Position numbers and translations under genes: made by a program | The notes under the pieces: model-generated | Told to the model about the DNA's origin: nothing | The model's input: the letters and a program-made list of their open reading frames with translations, nothing else | Database searches by the model: none | Part shown: in pieces, positions 49,915 through 58,745 of the stretch | How the letters are laid out: each line of letters starts with the position of its first letter | Position numbering within the stretch: the first letter of the stretch is position 1 | Source of the DNA: Meyerozyma guilliermondii | Lineage: Eukaryota | NCBI GenBank assembly: GCA_051546255.1 | Contig: CP128815.1 | Span: 496,001 to 560,000 of the forward strand | DNA length: 64,000 nt | Reading direction: 5' to 3'

Positions 49915-51438
49915 ATGCTCAATCGGAAACTCAACAAAAAACTCAATCTTTCCCTCGCCAAGGGGCTCCAAGAATCCGGTCCTTATACGCCACTTGACCA
50001 GACACTTAAAACACCCGTGGACGCGCCCAATCACGGCAACTACTTTCCTGGCGTGACTCCGGGATTTCAGGGGGCAAATGGTGGTCACGCGTCCTCCAGT
50101 ACAAATCTGTTGTATTCTCATTACAACGAGTCAGATGATATGTTAATGGACGAAGACACGTCACGCGTACGCAATTACACGGTATCGTTCACGCCTCAAT
50201 TTGACCTGTTGGTACTTTCGATATACTCGCAAATAATGGCTCATCCCACCACTACTCCGTTTCTGGGAATGATACCGCCCAGTGGATTGGTTTCCAAAGT
50301 TAGCAACGAAACCATGAATGTTTTAATGAGAACCACCGCCAAGCCCAACCACCCCATTTACGACGGTTCAGGAATCGTCAACAATGACCATTTGCGCAGC
50401 GCCGCTTATCAGCCGGTATTTCTTCAGCTTTTCCGGAAACGGTTTCTCGACTTGTGCACTGCTCAGGGGAACAAAGAACCACACAAAGTTCCTGCTTCCA
50501 CCACCGTGTCTATAACTGCCAGCGGCGGTATGGTGGCTCCGCCGTTAGGCTCTCGCCAGTCGTCTATTTCCAATTTGCTGCTTAATGAACTCAACATCAG
50601 CCAAAATCAAAATCAAAATCAAAATCAAAGTCAACAAAACCAACAAAACCAGTCCCAAATTCCATCCCAGCTCCAAAACTCCGGCACAAGATCGCGGTCG
50701 ACTTCTCTTAGTCTTCGCAAACAATCGTTAACTCGCAACAATTCCCATCTGGGCGGCTCCAATTGGCTCCATGTTGGAAACCTTAACAACATTCGTGGCC
50801 ACGCACCCCAGGAAATGACAACCAGCACCGACTCGTTGCAATCGATGCAAGACTATGTGCCGCAATCGTTAATCAACAGAAGCGGTGCCGCTGGAAATGG
50901 AAACGGAAATTCCCATACATCCGCCAATGGCCATCCATCTCTTACCCCCAACGGCTCGTCGTCCGGGTTCCATGCCATGATGATGGACTACCAGACTCCC
51001 CCCAGCTCGCATAAGGGCTCGGTGTCCAGTGAGTACACTCCTCCATCGTCTGCATCGTCGCTGGCTTCCGGACAGTTTGGCGCCCAAACCCCTCAACTCA
51101 TCAACTCGGGACTTTCTGGTGATTTCGACGACATTACGTTGCACCAACCACGCTCGTTGAACCACAACTTTCCCAGGCCACTCACCATCAACACCGAATC
51201 AGCAAACCAGCATGGTTTTGCCAACGGCCAGTCGGGAACCCTCGACTCTCCGTTCATGTCGGCAACGACTCCGTCGGAAGAAGTGGGCTACTTTATGAAC
51301 GGAACAGCATCGGGGTTCCCACTGTTCCTCGGAGTGGTGCCGCAGGAGGAGCCGAAGAAGGATGTCAATCTTCCTGCAAATGTCAGCTTGAGCGAGAAGA
51401 AGCGGGACTCATTGAAGCTCAAACGAGGCATTCATTAA
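49915..51438 (+). CDS. Ser/Asn/Gln-rich hypothetical protein, 507 aa
   Basis: Long ORF with an ordered-looking block (PTTTPF.G.IPPSGLVSKV), an NQ repeat and a basic C-terminus (EKKRDSLKLKRG). Function not recognised. Confidence 0.8.
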   Translation: MLNRKLNKKLNLSLAKGLQESGPYTPLDQTLKTPVDAPNHGNYFPGVTPGFQGANGGHASSSTNLLYSHYNESDDMLMDEDTSRVRNYTVSFTPQFDLLVLSIYSQIMAHPTTTPFLGMIPPSGLVSKVSNETMNVLMRTTAKPNHPIYDGSGIVNNDHLRSAAYQPVFLQLFRKRFLDLCTAQGNKEPHKVPASTTVSITASGGMVAPPLGSRQSSISNLLLNELNISQNQNQNQNQSQQNQQNQSQIPSQLQNSGTRSRSTSLSLRKQSLTRNNSHLGGSNWLHVGNLNNIRGHAPQEMTTSTDSLQSMQDYVPQSLINRSGAAGNGNGNSHTSANGHPSLTPNGSSSGFHAMMMDYQTPPSSHKGSVSSEYTPPSSASSLASGQFGAQTPQLINSGLSGDFDDITLHQPRSLNHNFPRPLTINTESANQHGFANGQSGTLDSPFMSATTPSEEVGYFMNGTASGFPLFLGVVPQEEPKKDVNLPANVSLSEKKRDSLKLKRGIH

Positions 51439-51529
51439 ATAGACGGGTATATGAATGGAGGGATTCATTCGAAAAAGATGTAGCATTCAACGTGTATAAT
51501 CGGAGCATTTGAACGATTCTCTAGCAGCA

Positions 51530-51810
51530 TTTCGCATTTTCGCAACCGTTTGTATCGAAACGCTATCTTTGCATTTTCGCAGTCGCTATTTGCCTCGCAC
51601 CCGCTATTTTCCTCGCACTGGCTATTTTCTTCGCACTCGCTATTTGCCTCGCACTGGCTATTTTCGCACTCGCTATTTTCGCACTCGCTATTTTCTGTCG
51701 CACTCGCTATTTTCGCACTTGCTTCGCAATCTATTTTCTGTCGCAACCGCTTCGCGATCGCTAATTTCGCATTTTTGCATTCGCAATCGCTTCGCGATCG
51801 CTCAATCGCT
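51530..51810. repeat. Degenerate TCGCACTCGCTATTT(+0-4 nt) tandem array upstream of EXO5
   Basis: Units start at 51577, 51595, 51613, 51631, 51649, 51664, 51679, 51698, 51713, 51724 and 51741 (lengths 18,18,18,18,15,15,19,15,11,17). Confidence 0.9.
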
Positions 51811-51813
51811 CCA

Positions 51814-53376
51814 ATGCGCAGATGGAACAGCTCCAGTTCCTTGAACGAAGGTTCCAAGATCCTACGGCTGTTCGTTTTGGGGTCTTCGACCCAGCACAAT
51901 TCATCTGGACCCCTCAGAGAACTTCAAAATAACTTCCACATCGACAAAAATGGGGGCCTTCCATTATCGCGGCCACCTTATATCGAACCACCGTTCCAAT
52001 TTCACTCCAAAATCAACGCAGACGCCTCCTACGTGGACATGCCGCGACTATCTGTCACCAGGTTGCTTGTGAGCCTGTGGTGTGAGCTCCGCGACTACTA
52101 TAGGGTGTATTCTGGAAGTCCGGCCGTCACCAAAACAGCCCAAATGGAACGGGGAACCGACCTACACTTGCAATTGGAACAGGATACACACCAGCAAGTC
52201 GATACTTCTGGCTTGGATGAATATTTGCTGGTTTTGGTGGCAAACGCTGATCCTGAAATTCTTCCTGTGTCACCTATCGAATCCGAGCTTGCAGCCGATT
52301 GGTGTGAAAATATCACTAGTCGGCTCTTCAGCTTGGTCACGTTGTCAGAGGCTCGCGAGGTATTGGTTCATGGATACTTGGACCTCGAATCGGGCAAATT
52401 AGAGTGTACTGACAGGTCCACTTTGATTAGCGGAATTATCGATCTTTTGAAAATCACAAATCGGTCTGATCCTCACGGCTATACTCTTTTTGAGGAAATA
52501 CAACAAAGCCTCGAGTTCGAGTTCCACAACGGGCCTTTGGACATGACCAAATTTTTTCCATTGGCTTCTTCAATTATCGCATCTCATTCACGCAACTTTA
52601 CCTTGCAAATCAGCGACATAAAAACCCGCTCGTTCAACCGCTTGCCTACCCAGACGTCCGTGCTCGAAGCGGCCAGACACCAGGTGGGAATCTATCGAAA
52701 ATTCACCGAAAACCTCGCCGAAAACGGATACAACATGTTGGTTCGAAACGCCCAAATTCGCCATGCCGACATCGATAAACCCATAGAGTTCTCCACGGCG
52801 TTGCAATTGCTCCGAAAGTACCCCCATCTTCTCTACGACGACTTTACAAAATTAGCCGACGGCAGGCCCATTGGCTTTAAATTGTACGATTCGCACCAAA
52901 ATGAACAGCCATATAAACTCGGTGATTTTGTCGATGTTGCTTCATTTTCACACCAAATGGCAACTGAACAAAACTACAACGATACAGCATTCGACTACTC
53001 GCAAATCATCACCGACTCAATAGCTAAAACCTGGAAAACTCCACTTACACTTCGGTATTTTGCTGCTCGAGCATCTCAATTTTTCCAAATTTTGCACCCA
53101 CTTCTCGGGCCTTCTACAACTGTGGAATACTACAACGCCCGCACGGGGCAGTATTTTGACACCAGGCACTATCATTATGACGAAGAAGATATTGCAAAAG
53201 TTATCGAAAACTCGGCCCATTTTTGGTCTGGAAAACGTGAACCGGTTGGTGTTGACGATTTGGCCAAATGCAAATACTGCGAGTTTTCAGCCAGATGTTG
53301 TGTTCCGCACCCAAACTTGAAGGTTCCACAACATATGGGCACAGTAGGGTCGAAAATCAGCCAGTTTTTACAATAA
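51814..53376 (+). CDS. EXO5: Exonuclease V (Exo5/Dem1), Fe-S 5' exonuclease
   Basis: RLSVTRLL...WCELRDYY, GT.LH.QLE, REVLVHG, SGIID, ISDIKTR, KCKYCEF...C. First ATG at 51814. Confidence 0.92.
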   Translation: MRRWNSSSSLNEGSKILRLFVLGSSTQHNSSGPLRELQNNFHIDKNGGLPLSRPPYIEPPFQFHSKINADASYVDMPRLSVTRLLVSLWCELRDYYRVYSGSPAVTKTAQMERGTDLHLQLEQDTHQQVDTSGLDEYLLVLVANADPEILPVSPIESELAADWCENITSRLFSLVTLSEAREVLVHGYLDLESGKLECTDRSTLISGIIDLLKITNRSDPHGYTLFEEIQQSLEFEFHNGPLDMTKFFPLASSIIASHSRNFTLQISDIKTRSFNRLPTQTSVLEAARHQVGIYRKFTENLAENGYNMLVRNAQIRHADIDKPIEFSTALQLLRKYPHLLYDDFTKLADGRPIGFKLYDSHQNEQPYKLGDFVDVASFSHQMATEQNYNDTAFDYSQIITDSIAKTWKTPLTLRYFAARASQFFQILHPLLGPSTTVEYYNARTGQYFDTRHYHYDEEDIAKVIENSAHFWSGKREPVGVDDLAKCKYCEFSARCCVPHPNLKVPQHMGTVGSKISQFLQ

Positions 53377-53389
53377 AAAAATAATCCAA

Positions 53390-53530
53390 AATTGTACAAC
53401 ATCATCAAAGAAACCGTGCCACCAAAAAGACAGGGCTTCTCTGCAGACGTCACAAATCGTTCTATGGGTTTCGTTTACCACGTACACCTGGAGTCGGCAT
53501 GCAAATGGAGATAAAGGCCCAAATCTACAT
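53390..53530 (-). ncRNA. SNR49: Box H/ACA snoRNA, snR49-type (guides 18S Psi211 and Psi302); ends approximate
   Basis: 5' hairpin pocket UUUAUCU/UAAA pairs with 18S UUUA-Psi-U-AGAUAAA. H box AUAGAA at 53465-53460. 3' hairpin pocket GCAGA/UUUGA pairs with 18S UCAAA-Psi-U-UCUGC, 14 nt from the ACA at 53395-53393. Confidence 0.85.
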
Positions 53531-53587
53531 AAAAGTTGATAAGCGTGTATTGATGAAGAGACTTGGAGTTAAGCTGGTTGGTTTTAT

Positions 53588-53603
53588 GCGATGAGTTACC
53601 CGG
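53588..53603. promoter_or_regulatory. Adjacent PAC (GCGATGAG) and Reb1-type (TTACCCGG) sites upstream of the snR49-type gene
   Basis: GCGATGAG at 53588-53595 and TTACCCGG at 53596-53603. Confidence 0.6.
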
Positions 53604-55078
53604 CGTGTCGGTGTGTTATGTAAGCGCGCCTGCGAAGCGACCGGACACACATATATTATATATGTCTGCGGACCGGACACAAGACTTTATGTCTGTTTGA
53701 GGTTCTAGGCTAATATTTTGGTGCAATTATATATGTACATAAGGCGATTAAACAATTAGCATCATCTTATTTTTGTAATCCGATCTTTCGGACGGGGGTT
53801 CTCCTTTACCGGAACACATGAATTTTGGACATAGATTTTCGGATAAATATATCTTCCGGACGCAACGAGCATCCGTGAATTATTATTCTTCTGGTGCAAG
53901 GATGCAAAGTTGCGAAATTGCAACACTTTCAACTTACATCTTATGAGGATTCCGCAGCAACTATAGCAGCCTTTTTGAAGCTACTACGAGGACACTCTAG
54001 AGAACGCGGCTTATAGTTATTCTATGTGTCATCAAGCTTGATACCAAGACCTGCTTTAATTATAAATGACACACTAATTAATCTTCTGAGTTGCCAAGGT
54101 ATCGAATGCTTTTAAGTAGCTAAATTCAACTTCCGGTAAATTGGATCTTGCCCCCACATCATTTACAATACATTGGTGTAAAGTTTCCGCTTGCAATAAC
54201 AATGTCGTTATTTCTTTTAGAATTGTCCACTTTCTTCCTTCGATGAAATTGAACCATTTTAGCTTACCTTAGTCGGTTTTTCACTTCATCAACCAGCTTC
54301 CATGTAATAGAAATTCAGATCTGGTCAATGACTAAATAGAATGTGTTGTTCCTTTAATATGAGCGTTCCTTCTCGATGAAGTTTGCAGTCTTAATTGCCA
54401 GAATTGCAAATTTTGCAAAATTCAATTTTTATCAATACTTCAAAATTGATGAACAGAAAAGACTCAAAGCGGGTAGCAATAAAGGATCAGTATCAATTAT
54501 ACTACCAAGATTATTATCACAATTTGAATCCTTTGATATTTTGTCTATTTCATCAGACACGTTTACTGAATTTGTTTGGCATTTTATCTACATACGTTAT
54601 TCTCAATTTCTCAATAGAAGATCTCCAAATTATGTACTATTCTCGAAAGAAACTTTAGTCTTTGAAACTCTTCCAACACCTTGACATCAAGATAAACCTA
54701 CTCAATTGATTTAGTTCCTAATCTACACCTTAAATAATCTGAAGTTTTATTTTTTCAACGTTACTTTTAATATAATTTACTTCTCGTTTGATATACCGTA
54801 AATATTCATTTCAAGCAAGTTATAACTTTTATTTCTCTCTTAAAATCTGGACTATATCTTTATCAAATATGTAGGAAACGTCTAGTCTCTTCTTGAATAT
54901 CATCTACATATTTTTGGCCATTCTATTTCTTGTTAATGGTTCATTTAGAACTAGCAGTAATCTAATAAGTAAGACGTGGATATAATTTAAAGAAAACCTG
55001 AAACTTGCATTAGTAAATTTCACATATAGACTATTTCTTATCTGATTTTCCTTACATAATCAGATTTGCAACCATTAA

Positions 55079-56737
55079 TCAATTTTTCTTTCCCATCCAG
55101 TAGTTCTTCATTCCCACAATATTTTCCTTCACGAGCTGCCTTGAAGGCTTGGAAAAAATGTCATCGATCTCCTCCAACGTCTTGTCCTTGGTTTCTGGCA
55201 TAAAGAGAATTTGGTAGAAGAAACCAATAAAGGCAATTCCACCATAAAATCCAAGGGTGAGTCCGGTGTAAGTCATTGCATTTTGCATTCTTGTAAAGTT
55301 GTAGGTGACGATGAACGACCACAAGTACAAGAACGTGGAGCAGATGGTCATACCCATTGACCGTGTTCTCAAGTCAAAAGATTCTGCTGGTAAAACCCAA
55401 GTTAAACAAGCATAAGATCCAAAGAACATCATATAAAGAATGATTCCCGACAAGTAAACACCTTCAGCTGCTGCCAAATGGGTCTTCAAATCAATGAGAT
55501 AGCCCACGCCAACCAACACCAAACCAATGAAAAATCCAATAATATTGAGACCCCAAACACGACGACCAAATTTGTCCATGAACAAAATGGCAGGAATGGT
55601 TCCAATCAACAACGAGCCTCCGCCCACTAACGACATGAAAACCGAGTTTTTAGTGGTGAAGCCAATGCGTGCCATTAACGTGGACATGTAGTACATCACG
55701 GCGTTGACTCCGGTCAATTGGCCCAAACCAACCATGATGACGGCGTACACGAGTGCTCTTCTATTTCTGGGAATCCGGAACAAATCGCTCCACAATTCCA
55801 TTCGGGACTCGGTAGCACGAGCCTCTTGTTCCTGGAGTGCTGCCTGCTTCATTTCGAGAAATTCCAACTTGTTTTTGTCGTCGTCAATGTCCCGAAGCCG
55901 CTTCCATACACTATAAGCTTCACCAATTCGGTTTTTATGAACGAGATACCGAGGCGATTCCGGTAAAAAGAACATTCCCACCATCAAAATCGTCGAGAAA
56001 ACCAACGAGGACCCGACCATAAATCTCCAGCCACCATGAACCAGATAAAACATCGCAGCCACAGCATAACCAAGTACCTCACCAAGTGCAATATTGAACT
56101 GGTACATCGAAACAATGTTTCCTCTCACCGTGGGAGGCACAGATTCCGAAATATAGATACCCACACATCCTCCTTCGATTCCAATACCAATACCAAGGAT
56201 GAAACGACCAGCGTACATCATATGATAGTTTCGGGCTCCAGCACATAAACCGGCTCCAAGAGTATACCAGAGACAAGAAATTATAATCGACATTTTTCTG
56301 CCAAAATACTCGTTCAATGGAGTCATCAAAATACTACCAGCCATGGCACCCAAAGGCATTAAACTGGAAACCCACGATTCCTGATCCGAGCTCAAACCAA
56401 GACCGGATTCTTGTCTCATTCCAATAGAAGCACCGGAAATAATCGACTGGTCAAGACCGGAAAGTAATCCTGCGGCGGCTGCAAATCCTCCAAGAAGCCA
56501 AACCATGTGCGATTTGTTCTTGAAGTTGAGCTCATATTCCAACAGAAGAAGCTTTTCTTTGAAACTTCTGTTTTGTTTGGCATCTCTCGCGAGTTCCTCA
56601 CACTCCGCAAGTTCTTTATCAAAGTCAAAATGGAACCTAGCTTGGTCGGTGGTGAGTTTTCCGCCGGTTTCTTCATACACTGACTTGCGTTCGGAGTCAC
56701 TGAACAGATCTCCGGGTTTGGTTTCCAACAAACTCAT
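55079..56737 (-). CDS. MFS sugar porter; polyol/arabinose/inositol:H+ symporter-like
   Basis: SGLDQSIISGA, YFGRK, GRFILGIG, PESPR, QLTGVN, DKFGRR, PETK. Substrate cannot be determined from sequence. Confidence 0.9.
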   Translation of the reverse strand: MSLLETKPGDLFSDSERKSVYEETGGKLTTDQARFHFDFDKELAECEELARDAKQNRSFKEKLLLLEYELNFKNKSHMVWLLGGFAAAAGLLSGLDQSIISGASIGMRQESGLGLSSDQESWVSSLMPLGAMAGSILMTPLNEYFGRKMSIIISCLWYTLGAGLCAGARNYHMMYAGRFILGIGIGIEGGCVGIYISESVPPTVRGNIVSMYQFNIALGEVLGYAVAAMFYLVHGGWRFMVGSSLVFSTILMVGMFFLPESPRYLVHKNRIGEAYSVWKRLRDIDDDKNKLEFLEMKQAALQEQEARATESRMELWSDLFRIPRNRRALVYAVIMVGLGQLTGVNAVMYYMSTLMARIGFTTKNSVFMSLVGGGSLLIGTIPAILFMDKFGRRVWGLNIIGFFIGLVLVGVGYLIDLKTHLAAAEGVYLSGIILYMMFFGSYACLTWVLPAESFDLRTRSMGMTICSTFLYLWSFIVTYNFTRMQNAMTYTGLTLGFYGGIAFIGFFYQILFMPETKDKTLEEIDDIFSKPSRQLVKENIVGMKNYWMGKKN

Positions 56738-56874
56738 TTGGTATTGGGGAATAATTGCGAATCAGGGAGCATTTTATACTCGTGGGCTTAAGGCCGTAAC
56801 CGGCCGCAAATCCTCCGGGCCCCGAATACGCAACCGTCGCGTCAGAATAATGGGCAACTCCGGTTATGATTGGT

Positions 56875-57210
56875 CGGAAAATCCAATTTTTCCTGTAGCA
56901 ATGTGGGAATGTATGCATGTACATATGCGGGGCTACATGCATATGCATATGCATTAACAAAAAAAATGAAGACAGCTCCGGAAGATCATACCATGGTTAA
57001 CAAGATGGTGGTAGCGTTGTGTTGGGCCCTTTTGTTTGAATCCTCAGGTCTTCAATAGCGTTTTCAAACAAGAAAGTCAGTTTTCGGATAAACTTGCTTG
57101 CGCGGATAAATTGAAATGACACAATCGCGCAAAAATTGTCCTGAGGCGTGCGTAAGCATGCATAAGTAGGGAGTGGGGAGACGGGGTGAAAGTGGGGACG
57201 AGCGGAGAAA
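56875..57210. promoter_or_regulatory. Cluster of CGGANNA (Rgt1-type) and GTGGGG (Mig1-type) sites upstream of the sugar porter
   Basis: CGGAAAA ~56875, CGGAAGA ~56978, CGGATAAA twice in 57085-57110, CGGAGAA ~57203; GTGGGG at 57173 and 57192. Confidence 0.5.
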
Positions 57211-57291
57211 TTGCTAGACGATTTCCTAATGGATTTTCTCAACAATGCACCTTCATGCACCAACCACGTCATTTTTAGTGAGTGGTACAAA

Positions 57292-58020
57292 TTATGCAAA
57301 GCGAGATTGATCCGTCGGACAGGATCGGAAATGCTTTGCATATTCCAATGCTAAATGCAGCTTGAGTCTGGAAAAGCCACTACCAAAGCTAACCCCACAA
57401 TACGTACAAACGAGTGGGGACTCACGTATTATATTGTTGAGAATGTGCGGATCTCGGATCAACGGTTGATTTGCTTCCGAATCACTTGCGTCACTTGAGT
57501 CGTCACCTGCATCAGAGTCAGATGCATATCCGTAATCTCGGAAACTAGTGTTTTCAAAGGGCTCCAAATCGTCATACGACACGAAAAACTCCGTTGTAAA
57601 CGAATTGTAATGTTTCTTGTGTTTGAGGCACGGAGACTCAAAATCCTGTGAGATTACGTGGATATGAAAGTTGGCGAGAGATGGTGCGGCGTGGACTCCA
57701 GCGCGGATAAATCTGGCGCGATATTCTGCATTTGTCATTGGACTATCTGATGCGAACTGCTGCGTGAGCTGCATTTCCTCCATGATCATATCTTTGGCCT
57801 TTTCGACGTATGTTGCAATAATGTCATACAAAGTTGGGTTATTCTTGAACACATCGAACGGATGTTTGTGAGTAATTTTCTTCAGCCGTGGAATCACAAG
57901 GTAGTGGAACTTTGACTTTGGATATGCATCACGCACAATCAACGCAGTTTCGTCGTGGAACAACACTGCTTTGTGCGCGGGAGGGTCGTCTATGTACGGT
58001 TGAAACGCATGGCGAAACAT
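57292..58020 (-). CDS. HNT3: Aprataxin (HIT + zinc finger) DNA 5'-deadenylase
   Basis: DAYPKSKFHYLVIPR, GVHAAPSLANFHIHVIS, KHKKHYNSF, CTYCG..H..E. ATG at 58020. Confidence 0.93.
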   Translation of the reverse strand: MFRHAFQPYIDDPPAHKAVLFHDETALIVRDAYPKSKFHYLVIPRLKKITHKHPFDVFKNNPTLYDIIATYVEKAKDMIMEEMQLTQQFASDSPMTNAEYRARFIRAGVHAAPSLANFHIHVISQDFESPCLKHKKHYNSFTTEFFVSYDDLEPFENTSFRDYGYASDSDAGDDSSDASDSEANQPLIRDPHILNNIIRESPLVCTYCGVSFGSGFSRLKLHLALEYAKHFRSCPTDQSRFA

Positions 58021-58271
58021 GAAACGTGGGGGAAAGCGCAATTGTGTCGACTACGAATCCCGTGACACCCGCCACCGCGACACCCGCCACCGGTCGCGAC
58101 ACCACACCAGGCGCGCTCAACTAAACTACTTGCGTCGCAGTCGCATTACATCGTGGGGGACAATACCGCATTAACCCCACACCTACTCTCTCATCTTCAA
58201 TGTTCAATCATAACTTTTCGATTCTAAATTTTCATTCTAATTCTATTACCTTCAATGTTGCTATATGACGA

Positions 58272-58610
58272 TTACACCTTCCGTTTCGTGGTCTTCTTCT
58301 CTGTACCAGTATTCTCTGTAGCAGTAGATCTCCCACTTGCATCTTTTTCACTCGCATTTTCGCTCGCCTTGTCGAGTTCCTCGTTGCTCATCAATTTTGT
58401 GCGCTCAAGCTCCCCAATAAACCAGAAAACAGTGCCATACAAAAGAAGCGCGATTACCAATAAATTGACAAAATGAATGGATCGGCTAAGATATATAAGC
58501 CATATCAACGAAGCAATCAAAAGCGCAAACGAACCGTGTGTGGCTTTGATAAGCGCGGGCGTGGTTCCCGGAGTGAACACCGACTGCCACAACTCCTCGA
58601 TGAACGACAT
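58272..58610 (-). CDS. PKR1: V-ATPase assembly factor Pkr1
   Basis: F..ELWQSVFTPGTTPALI.ATHGSF, SIHF, WFIGEL; two TMs and a basic tail. Confidence 0.9.
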   Translation of the reverse strand: MSFIEELWQSVFTPGTTPALIKATHGSFALLIASLIWLIYLSRSIHFVNLLVIALLLYGTVFWFIGELERTKLMSNEELDKASENASEKDASGRSTATENTGTEKKTTKRKV

Positions 58611-58745
58611 GAGAAGATGAAGATGATGTCAGAGAAAGTGAGAATAGGCGTCGATTACATAAGCATACACTTTATCTGACATAAGACGGCGGCTGTCTTA
58701 CATCAGCGGTGGCCATACTCATTTCATTTCTGTTCTTACTACATT

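Noticed and set aside
51465..51899. Minus-strand ENSEC-repeat ORF (metallothionein-like look)
   Set aside because: Product of the tandem repeat, starts at a non-ATG codon and overlaps EXO5.
53783..53810. TCTTTCGGACGGGGGTTC, resembling a tmRNA/tRNA 3' arm
   Set aside because: No closing T-stem, acceptor stem or matching 5' end; eukaryotic nuclear context.
54376..54684. 102-aa ORF in AT-rich DNA
   Set aside because: No recognisable domain; composition reflects the AT-rich background.
54400..55070. AT-rich stretch as a centromere or replication origin
   Set aside because: Short, with no diagnostic elements or retroelement cluster; cannot be supported from sequence alone.
3214..58020. Functional cluster of chromosome-maintenance genes (PDS5, MTE1-like, ULP1, SMC1, EXO5, HNT3)
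   Set aside because: Scattered over 55 kb among unrelated genes; compatible with chance.
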